A DNA stretch of 64,000 nucleotides, taken from contig JBBRLJ010000001.1 of the NCBI GenBank assembly GCA_038231435.1, forward strand, positions 256,001 to 320,000, given 5' to 3'. The translations under genes were made by a program, and so were the position numbers. A model generated the notes under the pieces. The model had not been told where the DNA came from and ran no database searches. It saw only the letters and a list, made by a program, of their open reading frames with translations. The stretch comes from Planctomycetota bacterium. Its GTDB lineage: Bacteria; Planctomycetota; UBA11346. Of this stretch, positions 62,734 to 64,000 are shown one piece after another; position 1 is the stretch's first letter, and the number at the start of each line of letters is the position of its first letter.

Positions 62734-64000
62734 CTACGTCCGTTCCATGGCCGCGGTCGGGTCGGCAAAGGCGGCGAGCTTGTGCAGCAGGGGGCCATCG
62801 GTTCCGCCCACGGACAAGGCTGAGACCAGGCGCGCGGCCTCCGATCTCAGCCCGGCAGTCTCCTCGGCCAGGTCCAAGCCACGGTCGGCCGCTTCGGCGG
62901 CATCCTTGCCATCGCGACCCGCAACGATGATCGCAGCGATGCGCTCGGCTTCGCGGAGGTGGCGAGGGCGCAGCCACGCATCGATCACCTGACCAGGAGC
63001 ATCCATCCATGGGCGCATGGCCTTCTCGACGGCGCGAAGTAGCGGAGGCCGGGGGCGATCGCGATCGGGGATCGCTTCGGCGATCGAAAACAGGCCGCCC
63101 CCATGTTCGAGCGCGAACCAGCGATAGGCAGCCCGCATGCGCTCCTCGCTCCATCCCTGGTCGAGCGCTTCATCGATGTGCGCGAGGTACGCCTCGATGC
63201 CACCGCCGCAGAGATTGAGGTCGGCGGGATAGTACAGCAACCCCGCCGAGTAGGACACGACCGGCAGACCGAGCAGGGCCATCTCGACGCCGGCGCTCGA
63301 CCAGGCGTTGAGGAACACGTCGGCATGCTTCGCCAGGTCGTACAGGGAGACGCCATCCGACGGCCAGTTGACGTGGCAGTTGTCCGGCAGATCGCTCAGC
63401 GCGGCGTGGAGCTGGCGGGCGTGCTCGGAATGCACAGGGTCCCGCCGGTTCGGCAGCTCTCGGGGGTGGACGCGGATGATCAGCGCGAGATCGCGGCGCG
63501 TCGCGACGAGGGCGACCAATGCCCGCACCCACTCCAATTGGGTTGGGAAGAGCGGGTCCGCGGGCTGATCGATGGCCCCGATGACCTCGGCGGCGAAGCG
63601 CTCGTCATAGCTGCTCATCGTGGCCACCAGCAGGCGTTGGCCAGGCGCGACGCTGAAGCGGGAGCGGACGTCGGCATCCCCTCCCGCCATCGGTGTAGAA
63701 TACACGAAGACGCTGCTGCCCTGGAACAACCTGAGGAGATGGTCGGTGACGCGCGACAGAGAGAGTGCGGAGCATGGCCAGTCGCGGACCTCGGGCCAGA
63801 GCTTCGAGATGTTGCGCGCCGAGTACGCGCTGGTCATGCCCTTGGTCAGCATCAGCGTCTGCAGACGGTTGGAGAGGTTGCCGCCGGCATGGATCGTGTA
63901 GTAGGCGATCCCGCGCAGCTGGGCGTAGCGGCAGCAGACGTGGTTCACGCCGTAGAGGGAATTGTAGCACAGCACGCGGTCGAATTGCGCGTCCGCGAAA
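62734..64000 (-). CDS. Capsule polysaccharide biosynthesis-type protein (5' end beyond window)
   Basis: LLVATMSSYDE, IIRVHPRE, SLYDL and SSAGVEMALLGLPV; frame stays open to the right edge. Confidence 0.7.
   Translation of the reverse strand, partial: FADAQFDRVLCYNSLYGVNHVCCRYAQLRGIAYYTIHAGGNLSNRLQTLMLTKGMTSAYSARNISKLWPEVRDWPCSALSLSRVTDHLLRLFQGSSVFVYSTPMAGGDADVRSRFSVAPGQRLLVATMSSYDERFAAEVIGAIDQPADPLFPTQLEWVRALVALVATRRDLALIIRVHPRELPNRRDPVHSEHARQLHAALSDLPDNCHVNWPSDGVSLYDLAKHADVFLNAWSSAGVEMALLGLPVVSYSAGLLYYPADLNLCGGGIEAYLAHIDEALDQGWSEERMRAAYRWFALEHGGGLFSIAEAIPDRDRPRPPLLRAVEKAMRPWMDAPGQVIDAWLRPRHLREAERIAAIIVAGRDGKDAAEAADRGLDLAEETAGLRSEAARLVSALSVGGTDGPLLHKLAAFADPTAAMERT

Overview
High-GC bacterial chromosomal segment. 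Gene content suggests Planctomycetota (inference): MoxR, DUF58 and prenyltransferase-repeat genes, an FHA-Ser/Thr kinase, secretin-N/STN-only proteins and a long-form IspG. It holds about 54 protein genes and two tRNAs (Ala-CGC, Gln-TTG). I saw no transposase, integrase, CRISPR array or rRNA. Both ends lie in surface-glycan clusters. Left: GT4, polysaccharide deacetylase, FemAB-like GNAT and a Wzx-like flippase. Right: UbiA-type phosphoribosyltransferase, glf, several GTs, methyltransferases, an ABC exporter and a capsule protein. The middle is mostly housekeeping (rlmH, tgt, tadA, hisD, nth, ndk, dusB, dps, manC, serA, thrC, ispG), plus a speE-ODC-speE' polyamine operon, carbohydrate hydrolases and several apparent pseudo-enzymes. 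The most notable signals are: (i) a three-copy ~120-175 bp structured element found only between convergent genes and built from GNA-triloop hairpins, plus a second related family; (ii) a 14-bp tandem repeat that forms a chain of TGATG-coupled micro-ORFs after hisD; (iii) imperfect inverted repeats whose two ends are the stop codons of convergent genes; (iv) pervasive 7-bp-periodic repeats, one of them inside ispG; (v) a STAS / Cys-less zinc-ribbon / kinase-dead RsbW fusion; (vi) a coupled STN-lipoprotein / TonB-like / catalytically dead site-2-protease operon; (vii) a divergent second spermidine-synthase paralog; (viii) a nonsense-interrupted cupin gene and an ACG at the expected start of a glycosyltransferase. 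All product calls come from motif recognition by eye; no database search was run.
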